DNA from: Calditrichales bacterium
GTDB lineage: Bacteria > Calditrichota > Calditrichia > Calditrichales > J004
NCBI GenBank assembly: GCA_965267575.1
Contig: OZ254086.1
Coordinates: 512,001-576,000 of the forward strand
DNA: 64,000 bases
Reading direction: 5' to 3'
Position 1 is the stretch's first letter. Every line of letters starts with the position of its first letter. The notes below the pieces were generated by a model, which ran no database searches, was not told the DNA's origin, and worked only from the letters and a program-made list of their open reading frames with translations. A program made the position numbers and the translations under genes. Of this stretch, positions 37,017-46,238 are shown one piece after another.

Positions 37017-38072
37017 TTATTTTACAAGAAGCATGCGTTTGGCCTGGGTAAAACGCTTGCCGCTTTCCATGCCCGTGGCGCTGATGCGGTAAATATAAAT
37101 TCCACTTGGTAACGTGCCGCCGTCAAAAGTGGCATAATGCCAGCCCTGCTCCTGCGACTTCTTCACCACAACGGAAACCTTACGCCCGCTGACGTCAAAC
37201 ACCTCCAGCGTAACCGCGCTGGCTTCCGGCAAGGCATAGCTTATTTGTGTTGTGGGGTTGAAGGGGTTGGGATGGTTGGCTGCAAGAGCAAAATCATTTA
37301 TAGAAATATTTTGCAAAGCTATTGATTCGCCCCAACTCGATAGTGGTTCACCCTGTACTTTTATTGATACTGTGCTCGAATGGCTGGATTCATTATCCTG
37401 GTAATCAACTGCGGTTACCCGGTAATCAACGTCATACTGGTTTGCGGCAGGTTCGCCGGCCACCTCTTCTTCGGTGTCTTCGTACGAAGTACTGGTCGTA
37501 GTCGCTAGGTATGAAAAATTCGGATAGCTGTCGGGGTCTCTTTTATAAACCTTATAGTGCTGCAAATCTGCGGCTTCACTGGCATCCCAGCTAATCAAAG
37601 GGTGATTATTTACACTTGATGTCACCAACGGCGAAGTAGGCGATTGTGGACTATGGGAATCATTAACGGAAAAATAATAATAAGAGGATTGGTCGGAGGC
37701 TGTTACGCATATAGCCAAGACTTTTACGCGATAATTGCCGTTACCATTGTCGGCAATTGCGTTTATATCTGTATAAGCATCATAATGAACCTGTCCATAG
37801 AATGGCGTTTGAGGCTCAAAAAACCGATTGTCAATTGCCCCTGAAGCAGCATTAACCCAGCCAGAGCCATCATTATATTCCACATCAAGCTCCATATAAG
37901 CAGGAGCTCCGGAGTAATGAGCATCCTGAAGATACCCATCCACATATACTTCTACGGCATTAAAATCATTAAAAGAGCTATAAATGTATACATTCTGTAT
38001 AACTGCGTCCGCTGATTCTCCATCAGCATATAAAAATCCGATTAATACAAAAAAAATAAAAAATCTATACAT
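37017..38072 (-). CDS. Secreted protein with a fibronectin-III-like module and a C-terminal Por/FlgD-type sorting domain
   Basis: Signal peptide; PLISWD..DLQHYKVYK...YRVTAVDYQDNES (FN3); NHPNPFNPTTQISY...SGIYIYRI...KRMLLVK. Confidence 0.82.
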   Translation of the reverse strand: MYRFFIFFVLIGFLYADGESADAVIQNVYIYSSFNDFNAVEVYVDGYLQDAHYSGAPAYMELDVEYNDGSGWVNAASGAIDNRFFEPQTPFYGQVHYDAYTDINAIADNGNGNYRVKVLAICVTASDQSSYYYFSVNDSHSPQSPTSPLVTSSVNNHPLISWDASEAADLQHYKVYKRDPDSYPNFSYLATTTSTSYEDTEEEVAGEPAANQYDVDYRVTAVDYQDNESSHSSTVSIKVQGEPLSSWGESIALQNISINDFALAANHPNPFNPTTQISYALPEASAVTLEVFDVSGRKVSVVVKKSQEQGWHYATFDGGTLPSGIYIYRISATGMESGKRFTQAKRMLLVK

Positions 38073-38096
38073 AAATCCTCTTTTGAGTTGAGTTGG

Positions 38097-40118
38097 TCAT
38101 TTTATATATAAAGCTTTTGATATCTTATAAAAGTCTTTTCCTTTTATTACGACAAAGTATGTACCTGCTGAGAAATTGCCGTTGTAGTTACTTAGATCCA
38201 AATTTAAACTATGTTCACCGGCAAAGTTGAAGCTGAGATCGTCTCGAACCAATTGCTGGCCATTGATATTATATATATATAAAAACAATACTTGCGGCTG
38301 AGACAAAGTAAAATTTATTTTTGTTGCAGAGTTAAATGGGTTAGGGAAAACATGCAATTTTTTATCTTGTTGCGTTTGTACTTCATGATCTTCAATAGAA
38401 ACCGCTGCATCATAATAAAAAGCTGGAAAAACAAATCCTTCAAGGCTATTCCCATATTGATCAATAAATTCATATTTTATGTGGTAAAAACCAGTCATGA
38501 GATCAGGTACTTGAGAGACGTAAAAACCCTGGTGCTTAAATAAATTCACTTCCCTCCATTCCATTGATTCTTCGTGTTTTAAATATAGTGCACTCTTGAA
38601 AATACCATATTCGTCGTCAGCCAAAATCCTAATATTATTTTCCTCTGAGCTTTTTAGATAGGCGGACAATTGACCATTAGAAGTAATTTGAAATGCGCTT
38701 ATAAACGGTGGGTTCTTATCTGGTACAGTTGTATTAAAATCGGCACTTACGCTACATATACCTGCTTTTCCAAAAACTTCATTCTTATAATGAATACACT
38801 CTAGATCATAGACACCCGGTCCATAACCAAATTCCAAAGAATCACTATCTACTCCTATTATCTTGTACCAAAATAAATCTCTCCCCCATGTACTCTTTTC
38901 AATAAGTTCATCATTTTTCTTTAGAGAATAGAAAAATGGAGAAACATTAAGATCGTCGTTTGTTTGGGAAAGAAACATATAATTGCCGTACCCAACATGG
39001 GCATGTGGGGCGCGAATAATAATGCTATCTGTAGAATTAAAAAAACGACCATTCCAGAATGTTGGCGTTAGGCCATACTTAAAACCCTCTTTGGGAATCG
39101 CATAGACATCGTTTTCATCTGTTCCATATTTTAAATAGATATGCTCAGCACCATAGTATGATTTGACGGTTCTGTATTCATAATCAAACGCCGTATTTAA
39201 CCAATGTGTCATTTTTGAGGTTAGTAAATTTCTAGAAGCAAGGGTGTCCTGAACAATATCTAACGTAACAGGCACTTTTATCGTCCCGTCATTAGGATAA
39301 TAGTGCCCGGATGGATAAGCTATTGAAACCTGAGCATTTGGAGATTCTTCTAATATCGAATCCGGTACGTGAAAGCTGATTTCTGCTTCTGAATAGTGGA
39401 TAGGGTCGTTTGATATGAGACTATCATCCGGATTTGACTTCAGAGGACCATTAAGCAAATAGATTTTATTATCATTAAATGGGCGCTTTCCTTTTACCGA
39501 CCATGTATTTTCAAGATAATCAGGGAAATTATTGTAAAAAAGATAAAAGGCGCTGCTGTCAAGAGAGTAATCAGACAATCCGAATCCAGACGTATGAGTA
39601 TGTACGAAAAAAAATTGCATAGAATTGATCCTTAAATCAGAGCCGTCTTTTCTAACTAAAGAAATTTTTTTATAAAGATCCGCCTCATTCAGGGAAAAGG
39701 AAATTTCTGCTTCAGTTATATTTTTTTTATAAAGAATCATTTCCTTATGTTTTGACAGTTGCAGACCAGTCATAATATCAAACGTGTCTAAACCAACAGG
39801 AATAATAAAACTATTGGAGGGTTCGCTAACAAAAGTATCTGTTCCCACATTGTTAAAAATCCATATAAACTCCATATTAAAATCCGCCTCTACAAAAATT
39901 GCCCTTTTTGTTGCACCTGGCAACATTTCTCCTAAATGAAAATGCTTAGGACGATTTTTTGCAAATTGGGGGTATAATGATTGAGCAAAAACCGATAAAA
40001 AGAATAAGACGTAAATAAGAAGCTTTTTCGTCAGCAAATACTCACAATATATTTTCCTGGTAGGCCAATATTGCATGTACGCTATTACTGAAAGTATAAT
40101 ATTTGCCTCCCAAGCCAT
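38097..40118 (-). CDS. AT-rich secreted protein with a C-terminal Por/FlgD-type sorting domain
   Basis: 673-codon ORF; signal-like KKLLIYVLFFLSVFAQS suggests the true start may be the TTG at 40037; VFPNPFNSATKINF...YNINGQ...SAGTYFV. Confidence 0.75.
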   Translation of the reverse strand: MAWEANIILSVIAYMQYWPTRKIYCEYLLTKKLLIYVLFFLSVFAQSLYPQFAKNRPKHFHLGEMLPGATKRAIFVEADFNMEFIWIFNNVGTDTFVSEPSNSFIIPVGLDTFDIMTGLQLSKHKEMILYKKNITEAEISFSLNEADLYKKISLVRKDGSDLRINSMQFFFVHTHTSGFGLSDYSLDSSAFYLFYNNFPDYLENTWSVKGKRPFNDNKIYLLNGPLKSNPDDSLISNDPIHYSEAEISFHVPDSILEESPNAQVSIAYPSGHYYPNDGTIKVPVTLDIVQDTLASRNLLTSKMTHWLNTAFDYEYRTVKSYYGAEHIYLKYGTDENDVYAIPKEGFKYGLTPTFWNGRFFNSTDSIIIRAPHAHVGYGNYMFLSQTNDDLNVSPFFYSLKKNDELIEKSTWGRDLFWYKIIGVDSDSLEFGYGPGVYDLECIHYKNEVFGKAGICSVSADFNTTVPDKNPPFISAFQITSNGQLSAYLKSSEENNIRILADDEYGIFKSALYLKHEESMEWREVNLFKHQGFYVSQVPDLMTGFYHIKYEFIDQYGNSLEGFVFPAFYYDAAVSIEDHEVQTQQDKKLHVFPNPFNSATKINFTLSQPQVLFLYIYNINGQQLVRDDLSFNFAGEHSLNLDLSNYNGNFSAGTYFVVIKGKDFYKISKALYIK

Positions 40119-40244
40119 TGTTTTACTCTAACTATTTTAATATATACACTCGCTCACTAAAATATCAAGTTAAAAAATTGTTTATTTCACAAAGTAGATA
40201 TAAACATTAGCTTTGGCCGGCATTGCTATTCTCGTCTGGCGCCC

Positions 40245-40339
40245 CCATTACTTTGCCACTTACCCGTTTCGTCATTCTGAACTCGGTTCAGAATCCCGCC
40301 GGCCCGTGAAGAAGATCCTGAAATAAATTCAGGATGACG
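40245..40339 (+). repeat. ~95-bp direct repeat, copy 2
   Basis: Aligns with 36750-36844. Confidence 0.9.
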
Positions 40340-40392
40340 ATGCGGAGAAGGCGCGGATGTCAACCACGCCGTTTTGGCCTGATACATTAAAC

Positions 40393-40424
40393 AAAAAAGG
40401 CCGCCCCGTTATGGAGCGGCCTTT
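40393..40424 (-). terminator. Intrinsic terminator after metK
   Basis: aaaaaa-ggccgc-ccc-gttat-gga-gcggcc-ttt. Confidence 0.75.
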
Positions 40425-40442
40425 ATTTTGAACAATAAGCAA

Positions 40443-41576
40443 CTACTTCTGTAACTGCTTTACCATATCTTTTTTCTCCCAGGTAAACTCGGCCAGCTCG
40501 CGGCCAAAGTGTCCGTAGGCGGCGGTTTTGCGGTAAATGGGTCGGCGCAGTTGCAGCGCCTCAATAATCCCCGCGGGAGTAAAGTCGAACAACTTGCCGA
40601 TCTTGTCGGCCAGTTCTTCATCGGGCACTTTGCCGGTGCCAAAAGTATCCACCAGCAGCGAAACCGGTTCGGAGACACCGATGGCGTAGGCCACCTGCAA
40701 GCCGCATTTGTCGGCCAGCCCGGCTGCCACAATATTTTTGGCCACATAACGGGCGTAATAAGCCGCGGAACGATCCACCTTTGTGGGGTCTTTGCCGCTA
40801 AAGGCGCCACCGCCGTGGCTGTACATGCCACCGTAGGTGTCCACGATGATCTTTCGGCCGGTCAGCCCGGCATCACCCTGCGGCCCGCCGATCACAAAAC
40901 GCCCCGTGGGGTTGATGAAATAATCCACCTTGCCATCCACCAGCAGCTCCTCGGGAATTACCGGCCTGATCACTTTTTCGATAATGCCGTTGCGCAGATC
41001 GTCGTTGCTTACCGTGTCGCTGTGCTGGGTTGATACGACTACTTTTTCCACGCCGACGGGCTTGCCGTCACGGTAGCGAACAGCCACCTGGGCTTTGCCG
41101 TCCGGGCGCAGAAAATCGAGAATGCCTTTTTTGCGTGTTTCGGCCAGCCGGGCGGTCAGCTTGTGTGCCAGGCTGATCGGCATGGGCATCAGCTCAGGTG
41201 TTTCATTACAGGCGTAGCCAAACATCATGCCCTGGTCGCCGGCGCCGGCGCGGTCTACACCCATGGCAATATCGGGTGATTGCTGATCGATGGTGGTCAT
41301 GACGGCGCAGGTGGCGTAATCGAATCCGAACTCCGCTTTTGTATAGCCGATATCTTTGATTACTTCGCGCACCAGGGTGGGGATATCCACGTAGCATTCC
41401 GTAGTAATTTCCCCGCCTATCAGAGCCAGTCCGGTGTTGACAAATGTTTCGCAGGCCACGCGGCCAAAGGGATCATTTTTTAAGACTTCATCAAGAACCG
41501 CGTCCGAGATCTGATCCGCTACTTTGTCCGGATGTCCCTCGGTGACCGATTCTGAAGAAAACAGATATTCATTCAT
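40443..41576 (-). CDS. metK: S-adenosylmethionine synthetase
   Basis: [47 protein letters not shown]. Confidence 0.99.
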   Translation of the reverse strand: MNEYLFSSESVTEGHPDKVADQISDAVLDEVLKNDPFGRVACETFVNTGLALIGGEITTECYVDIPTLVREVIKDIGYTKAEFGFDYATCAVMTTIDQQSPDIAMGVDRAGAGDQGMMFGYACNETPELMPMPISLAHKLTARLAETRKKGILDFLRPDGKAQVAVRYRDGKPVGVEKVVVSTQHSDTVSNDDLRNGIIEKVIRPVIPEELLVDGKVDYFINPTGRFVIGGPQGDAGLTGRKIIVDTYGGMYSHGGGAFSGKDPTKVDRSAAYYARYVAKNIVAAGLADKCGLQVAYAIGVSEPVSLLVDTFGTGKVPDEELADKIGKLFDFTPAGIIEALQLRRPIYRKTAAYGHFGRELAEFTWEKKDMVKQLQK

Positions 41577-41662
41577 TTAAAAACTCTCCTTGAGATTGCA
41601 TTTGGCATAAGCGCTGAATATAGCTAAAAACAATACTATACCCAAAAGAAAGGACTACCTGT

Positions 41663-42709
41663 TTACGCTTCGGCCTTCCGTGCCATTTCTTTTTTCAGAA
41701 AATCGATGTTTTTAATTTCGTACGGGTCCTGGCGGTTTAGCAAGGCTGTGTAATAGCTGACCCAGTCACCCATTACAATAAGCGAAAACACCTTCTCCAT
41801 AACGCTGCTTCCGGAGGCGTAAATATCAACCACCTCGGCGCCGGCTTTCTTGATAAGCGTTTTGGATAGATCGATGCGCTGGCGGATGCGCTCGGGCAGA
41901 TCTTCATTTTCAAGGAAGATTGCCACCATGTCTTTGTTCAGTTCAGACTGCATCTGCCATCCGACGATCTCGTTGTGGTTCATCTCCGGGATAACGTTGA
42001 AGAAGGCCAGATTTTTGCCGTTTTCGTGTAATTGATTGCTCCAGCGGCGCGAGACGGTTTGCAGGTAAGGCTCGGTGGAATAGATAACCGGGATGCGGTT
42101 GTGGATCTTTTTTGCCAGTTCCTGCGCCAGAACGTGGCCGTCATGTTTGCTGGTGTCATGCAGGCCGATCTCGTGGCGCACAAAATTAACCAGATCATTC
42201 AAATCTTCATGATATTCGGCAAGAAGGCCAGTCTGTCCAAGCGCATGGTATAAGGCGAAAAAAGCAAATCCCAGCGACTGCCGCGGCGGGTACCCTTCCG
42301 GCAATTGCATAAAGGGCCAGCCGTTCTTTTCGCACATCTCTTTCAGGCGGCCGCCGGTGGAGATGGCCATAACCTGCGCGCCACGCTTTTCTATACTCTG
42401 GGCGGCGCTCAGTGTCTCTTCGGTATTGCCGGAATAACTGGATACAATGACCAGGGAATGCTCACTTACAAAGCGCGGCGCCGTGTAGCCACGCACAATT
42501 TGCACCGGTACGGCAAGTTGATCATAAAGCACATCGCGCAACAGATCGCCGGCGATACCGGAACCGCCCATGCCCAGGTAAGCGATATTCTTAACACGGG
42601 AAGTGTCGATTTGCCTGCCCGTTTCAGCCGCTATTTCCCGTGCCCGGGTAATCTGCTTGTAAAAATTGCAGAGCATCTCCTTAAAGCCATGTTTATCCAA
42701 AGAATACAT
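41663..42709 (-). CDS. Bifunctional phosphoglucose/phosphomannose isomerase (SIS domain)
   Basis: GMGGSGIAGD, SYSGNTEETL, PPR, ENGK, PEMNHNEIVGW, IDFLK. Confidence 0.92.
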   Translation of the reverse strand: MYSLDKHGFKEMLCNFYKQITRAREIAAETGRQIDTSRVKNIAYLGMGGSGIAGDLLRDVLYDQLAVPVQIVRGYTAPRFVSEHSLVIVSSYSGNTEETLSAAQSIEKRGAQVMAISTGGRLKEMCEKNGWPFMQLPEGYPPRQSLGFAFFALYHALGQTGLLAEYHEDLNDLVNFVRHEIGLHDTSKHDGHVLAQELAKKIHNRIPVIYSTEPYLQTVSRRWSNQLHENGKNLAFFNVIPEMNHNEIVGWQMQSELNKDMVAIFLENEDLPERIRQRIDLSKTLIKKAGAEVVDIYASGSSVMEKVFSLIVMGDWVSYYTALLNRQDPYEIKNIDFLKKEMARKAEA

Positions 42710-44508
42710 TATGATTTCTCCTCTAATGAAAGATTTAATTGTTCCATATTGTCATTAAAAAAGATCTGGCATTGTTGCTCCACCTGATCCGCGTAGGACA
42801 ATTTAACAACTCGTTGATACAATTGCCCGCAATCTTTGCAATTCAGGTGGCGCACAATGTTTTTTATTAGCGGCACAAACTGCGGGGTCACGCTGAGCAC
42901 ACGCAAACCCATGCCAAGCAGCAGCGGTACCGCTGAGGGCACAGAGGCCATCTCTCCGCAAAGCGACACGGGAATTGAGGCTTTTTCAGCCGCCGCCACT
43001 GTTTGCGCCATAAGCCTGATTACCGCCGGGTCAAACGCGTTGTAGGTTTTCGCCACCTTATTGTTGGTACGGTCCACGGCCAGCACGTATTGCGTCAGAT
43101 CGTTACTGCCGATGCTCAGAAAATCCGCTTTGGTAGCCAGCACATCGGCCATTACCGCGGCGGCTGGCGTTTCAATCATCACCCCCACGCGCACGGAGCA
43201 GGCCGTTTCCACACCTTCGCGCTGCAGTTCATCAAATACATTTTCGATAATTTTACGGGCGCTTTCAAGCTCTGAAACAGATGAAATCATTGGCAGCAAA
43301 AGGTCCAGCTCCTTGCCGCCTGCCGCTCGCATGGCTGCACGCAGCTGGGCACGGAAAACCAACGGGTTATCCAGGCAAAAACGGATCGCCCGCCAGCCCA
43401 GGAAAGGATTGGGCTCCCACTCGGCTTTGTAGCCGTCCAGCAGCTTGTCACCGCCCAGATCGATGGTGCGCAGGATAAGCGGTTTGCTGTCCAGCGCCTT
43501 GTAGAGTTGTTTGTAAATGAGATATTGTTCGTTTTCGTCGGGCAAAGCGCGCCGTTCCAGGAAGAGGGCTTCCGTTCTGTAAAGACCTATGCCATCAGCC
43601 TGAAAGCGTTCCACGTCCTCCACTTCGTGGGCAAATTCCACGTTAGCCATGACGCGTATCTCAACACCATCTGCAGAAACGCAATCTTTGCCAACGCCGG
43701 CCAACAGCATCCGGTCCCTGTGCTCGCGCCGCTTCTTCAGCTCGCGGTAATGCTGCAGTGTTACCTTGTCCGGGTTTATGACAATATCGCCGCTAAAGCC
43801 ATCGACAATCACCATATCCCTGTTTTTTATGACGGTGGAGAGATTGTTACCGTTGACGATAGCCGGAATGTTCAAGCCCCGGGCCAAAATGGCGGTGTGT
43901 GACGTGGCGCCGCCATGGTCGGTTAACAATCCCAAAATAAGATTACGGTTGAAATTTACGGTATCTGTTGGTGAAAGATCTTCGGCAACCACCACGCCGG
44001 GGTAGTTGAGTTGATAATTTATCTCGCGCCCCAGCAAGGCCAGAACCAGCTTCTGTTTAAGGTCGATTATATCAAAGGCGCGATCACGGAAAAACTTGTT
44101 TTCCAGATTGATGAAGTGTTCCGATTTTGCCGACAGAACGGCATTGACGGCGTGGGCCGCGGAGATGTTTTTTTTGTCGATCTCATCGTGTATCTCATCT
44201 ATCAGTGTCTGATCGGAAAGGAAAGCTTTCTGGCTCTCAAAGATGCCGCTAAATTCAACGCCGTAGGATTTTTCGCTGATACCGTTGGCATACTCCAGTT
44301 GCTCAAGCACTTTTTTTAGCGCCGCGGCAAAAAGCGTCTTTTCGCTTTTGCTGTCTATTTTGGCAGGATTGAATTCCTGAAGATTTATAGAGTAGGGTTT
44401 AAAAACATAAGCCGGTCCAATGGCGATACCGGGGGCTGTTGCACTGCCCCGTACCAGAATCATGCGCTTTTCCGGCACCGCCAGATTTGTTCCGCTTTTA
44501 CTCTTCAT
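42709..44508 (-). CDS. ptsI: PTS enzyme I (PEP-protein phosphotransferase)
   Basis: Phospho-His GGATSHTAILAR, GIGLYRTE, EPNPFLGWRAIR, MIETP, SIGSNDLTQY, CGEMA. Confidence 0.96.
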   Translation of the reverse strand: MKSKSGTNLAVPEKRMILVRGSATAPGIAIGPAYVFKPYSINLQEFNPAKIDSKSEKTLFAAALKKVLEQLEYANGISEKSYGVEFSGIFESQKAFLSDQTLIDEIHDEIDKKNISAAHAVNAVLSAKSEHFINLENKFFRDRAFDIIDLKQKLVLALLGREINYQLNYPGVVVAEDLSPTDTVNFNRNLILGLLTDHGGATSHTAILARGLNIPAIVNGNNLSTVIKNRDMVIVDGFSGDIVINPDKVTLQHYRELKKRREHRDRMLLAGVGKDCVSADGVEIRVMANVEFAHEVEDVERFQADGIGLYRTEALFLERRALPDENEQYLIYKQLYKALDSKPLILRTIDLGGDKLLDGYKAEWEPNPFLGWRAIRFCLDNPLVFRAQLRAAMRAAGGKELDLLLPMISSVSELESARKIIENVFDELQREGVETACSVRVGVMIETPAAAVMADVLATKADFLSIGSNDLTQYVLAVDRTNNKVAKTYNAFDPAVIRLMAQTVAAAEKASIPVSLCGEMASVPSAVPLLLGMGLRVLSVTPQFVPLIKNIVRHLNCKDCGQLYQRVVKLSYADQVEQQCQIFFNDNMEQLNLSLEEKS

Positions 44509-44764
44509 AGAATCTTTTGCTGAATAATTCTTTCAAATCGTCAAAAGCTTCCTGCTCATCCTCTCCATCCACCTGTAAGGTTACCTCGCTGCCCGGTTCC
44601 GCGGCCAGCATCATAACACCCATAATGCTTTTGGCATTTACCTCAAGGCCGTCTTTAAACAGCTTTACTTCAGATTTATATTTGCCCGCAACCTTTACCA
44701 GGTGTGCGGCGGGACGCGCGTGTAATCCGTGTTTATTGTCAATTTTCAATGTAGCTTCAATCAT
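44498..44764 (-). CDS. ptsH: Phosphocarrier protein HPr
   Basis: GLHARPAA (His15) and NAKSIMGVMML (Ser46). Confidence 0.97.
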   Translation of the reverse strand: MIEATLKIDNKHGLHARPAAHLVKVAGKYKSEVKLFKDGLEVNAKSIMGVMMLAAEPGSEVTLQVDGEDEQEAFDDLKELFSKRFYEE

Positions 44765-45522
44765 AATCCGTATACCATACCCGCTAATATGGCCAACGCC
44801 AGCGGCAGCAACATCGCATGATAGCTCATCGACTTACGCCTCTTGAGAAACGCTGCGATCAGTGCGCTGCCGGCAAAGACAATCGGCCCCATAATATTTG
44901 TTTGATAAGATTCCAAAATAACGATACCGCCAATGATGCCCAGAGAAACCGCCCCGAGCCAGCGATATAACCCCAATTTCGAAAAGTGTTCGCTCTTTAA
45001 TGCGCGACTAACCCCAAAGCCCAGTTCATACCCCTGAGAGAGACCCTGCCAGCGTGTGTGGAGGTGCGGCAGATTGTAAAGAATAAACAAAAGGGCCAGA
45101 AAAATCAAACGCCATTTTGCATCTTCGAAAAGAAGCAGTCCGGCCACGGCAAATGCCAGCGTCGCCGGCCTGATAATCGCCCAGTAATAGCCGTCGCCCA
45201 AAGCACCCAGCGGCCCGATCAGCGCTGATTTTAGTTTCTCTATTTTCTCCGGTGATAATGCAGGGTCCTCCTGGCGGTCTGTTTCCAAGCGGCTTACCGA
45301 GCCCAGCGCGAAGGCGGCAAAATAAGGATGCGCGTTAAAAAAATTGAGCTGCCGGCGCATGAACGCATTGTACTTTTCAATATCGCCGCCGTATAACCTG
45401 CGCGCCAGGGGCACAAGCGCAAAACAAAACCCTAACGAGATCAGGCTTTTAAAATTCCAGCCATTCTGAATAAAGAACGAACGCAGGAAAACAGCCAGCT
45501 TTAAGTGTAAAGGCATTTTCAT
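44761..45522 (-). CDS. PTS mannose/fructose/sorbose-family EIID component
   Basis: RSFFIQNGWN, FFNAHPY, LIGPLGALGD; ATGA overlaps at both ends set the start at 45522. Confidence 0.85.
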   Translation of the reverse strand: MKMPLHLKLAVFLRSFFIQNGWNFKSLISLGFCFALVPLARRLYGGDIEKYNAFMRRQLNFFNAHPYFAAFALGSVSRLETDRQEDPALSPEKIEKLKSALIGPLGALGDGYYWAIIRPATLAFAVAGLLLFEDAKWRLIFLALLFILYNLPHLHTRWQGLSQGYELGFGVSRALKSEHFSKLGLYRWLGAVSLGIIGGIVILESYQTNIMGPIVFAGSALIAAFLKRRKSMSYHAMLLPLALAILAGMVYGL

Positions 45523-46211
45523 ACTAAACTCTTCATGATCAGGATTGTCAGGATAACCGATAACAGGAAGACACCGCGATATTTGTTTGCCCGCCACAAA
45601 ATGATAATAAGACCAACTCCGGTCCCCCAAATTGCAGGTTCCACAAATGCCCACAGGTGATTATAGTTGCTGTCGGCGAATGTGCCAATCCAGTTTAGAA
45701 GCGCGTGGCCGGCAAAGATGGCAACAATAAGCATCAGAACATTCGTTATAAACTGTGTAAACAAAGCAGCGGCAAACGGCCCGTTTACCGAGATCTTTTT
45801 TGTGTTGTCCATCGGTTTGTCCAGGATAGCATTTACAAAGTGGAGATTTGCTTTAAAGACCACATGGTTTACATCGGTCATTACATGGCTTAGTAAAATG
45901 ATGTAAAGCGTACACAGCAAAAGCAGCAAATGCCCAAAAACGCTGAACGCATCGTGGTGTACCGTAAACAGCACGCCGCCCGCCACGGCCGCCAGTTCAC
46001 TGTCCGGAACGCGGGTGGTGCCCACGGGAAGGTGCCCGGGCCACAGCAATTGGATCGTCATGCCGAAATAGAGCGCCGGTATTAGTGCATCATACCATAG
46101 ACCTATAAAGGCGCAGGTGAATACGGGCTGACTGATATTAAATTGAAAAACCTGCTTTTGGTCGAGACAAATGAGACCAAAAAGCAGGCTGATGCTTACG
46201 ATTTCCCACAT
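45519..46211 (-). CDS. PTS mannose/fructose/sorbose-family EIIC component (divergent)
   Basis: LD..QFNISQPVF, IQLLWPGHLPVGTTRVPD; coupled to EIID. Confidence 0.78.
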   Translation of the reverse strand: MWEIVSISLLFGLICLDQKQVFQFNISQPVFTCAFIGLWYDALIPALYFGMTIQLLWPGHLPVGTTRVPDSELAAVAGGVLFTVHHDAFSVFGHLLLLLCTLYIILLSHVMTDVNHVVFKANLHFVNAILDKPMDNTKKISVNGPFAAALFTQFITNVLMLIVAIFAGHALLNWIGTFADSNYNHLWAFVEPAIWGTGVGLIIILWRANKYRGVFLLSVILTILIMKSLV

Positions 46212-46238
46212 AGTCTAAAACTTATTCAGGCGATCCGT

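Noticed and set aside
36750-40339. Prophage, integron or composite transposon
   Set aside because: No integrase, transposase, phage genes or attC-like sites were seen.
41577-41662. SAM riboswitch upstream of metK
   Set aside because: The 86-bp spacer has no S-box core or terminator hairpin.
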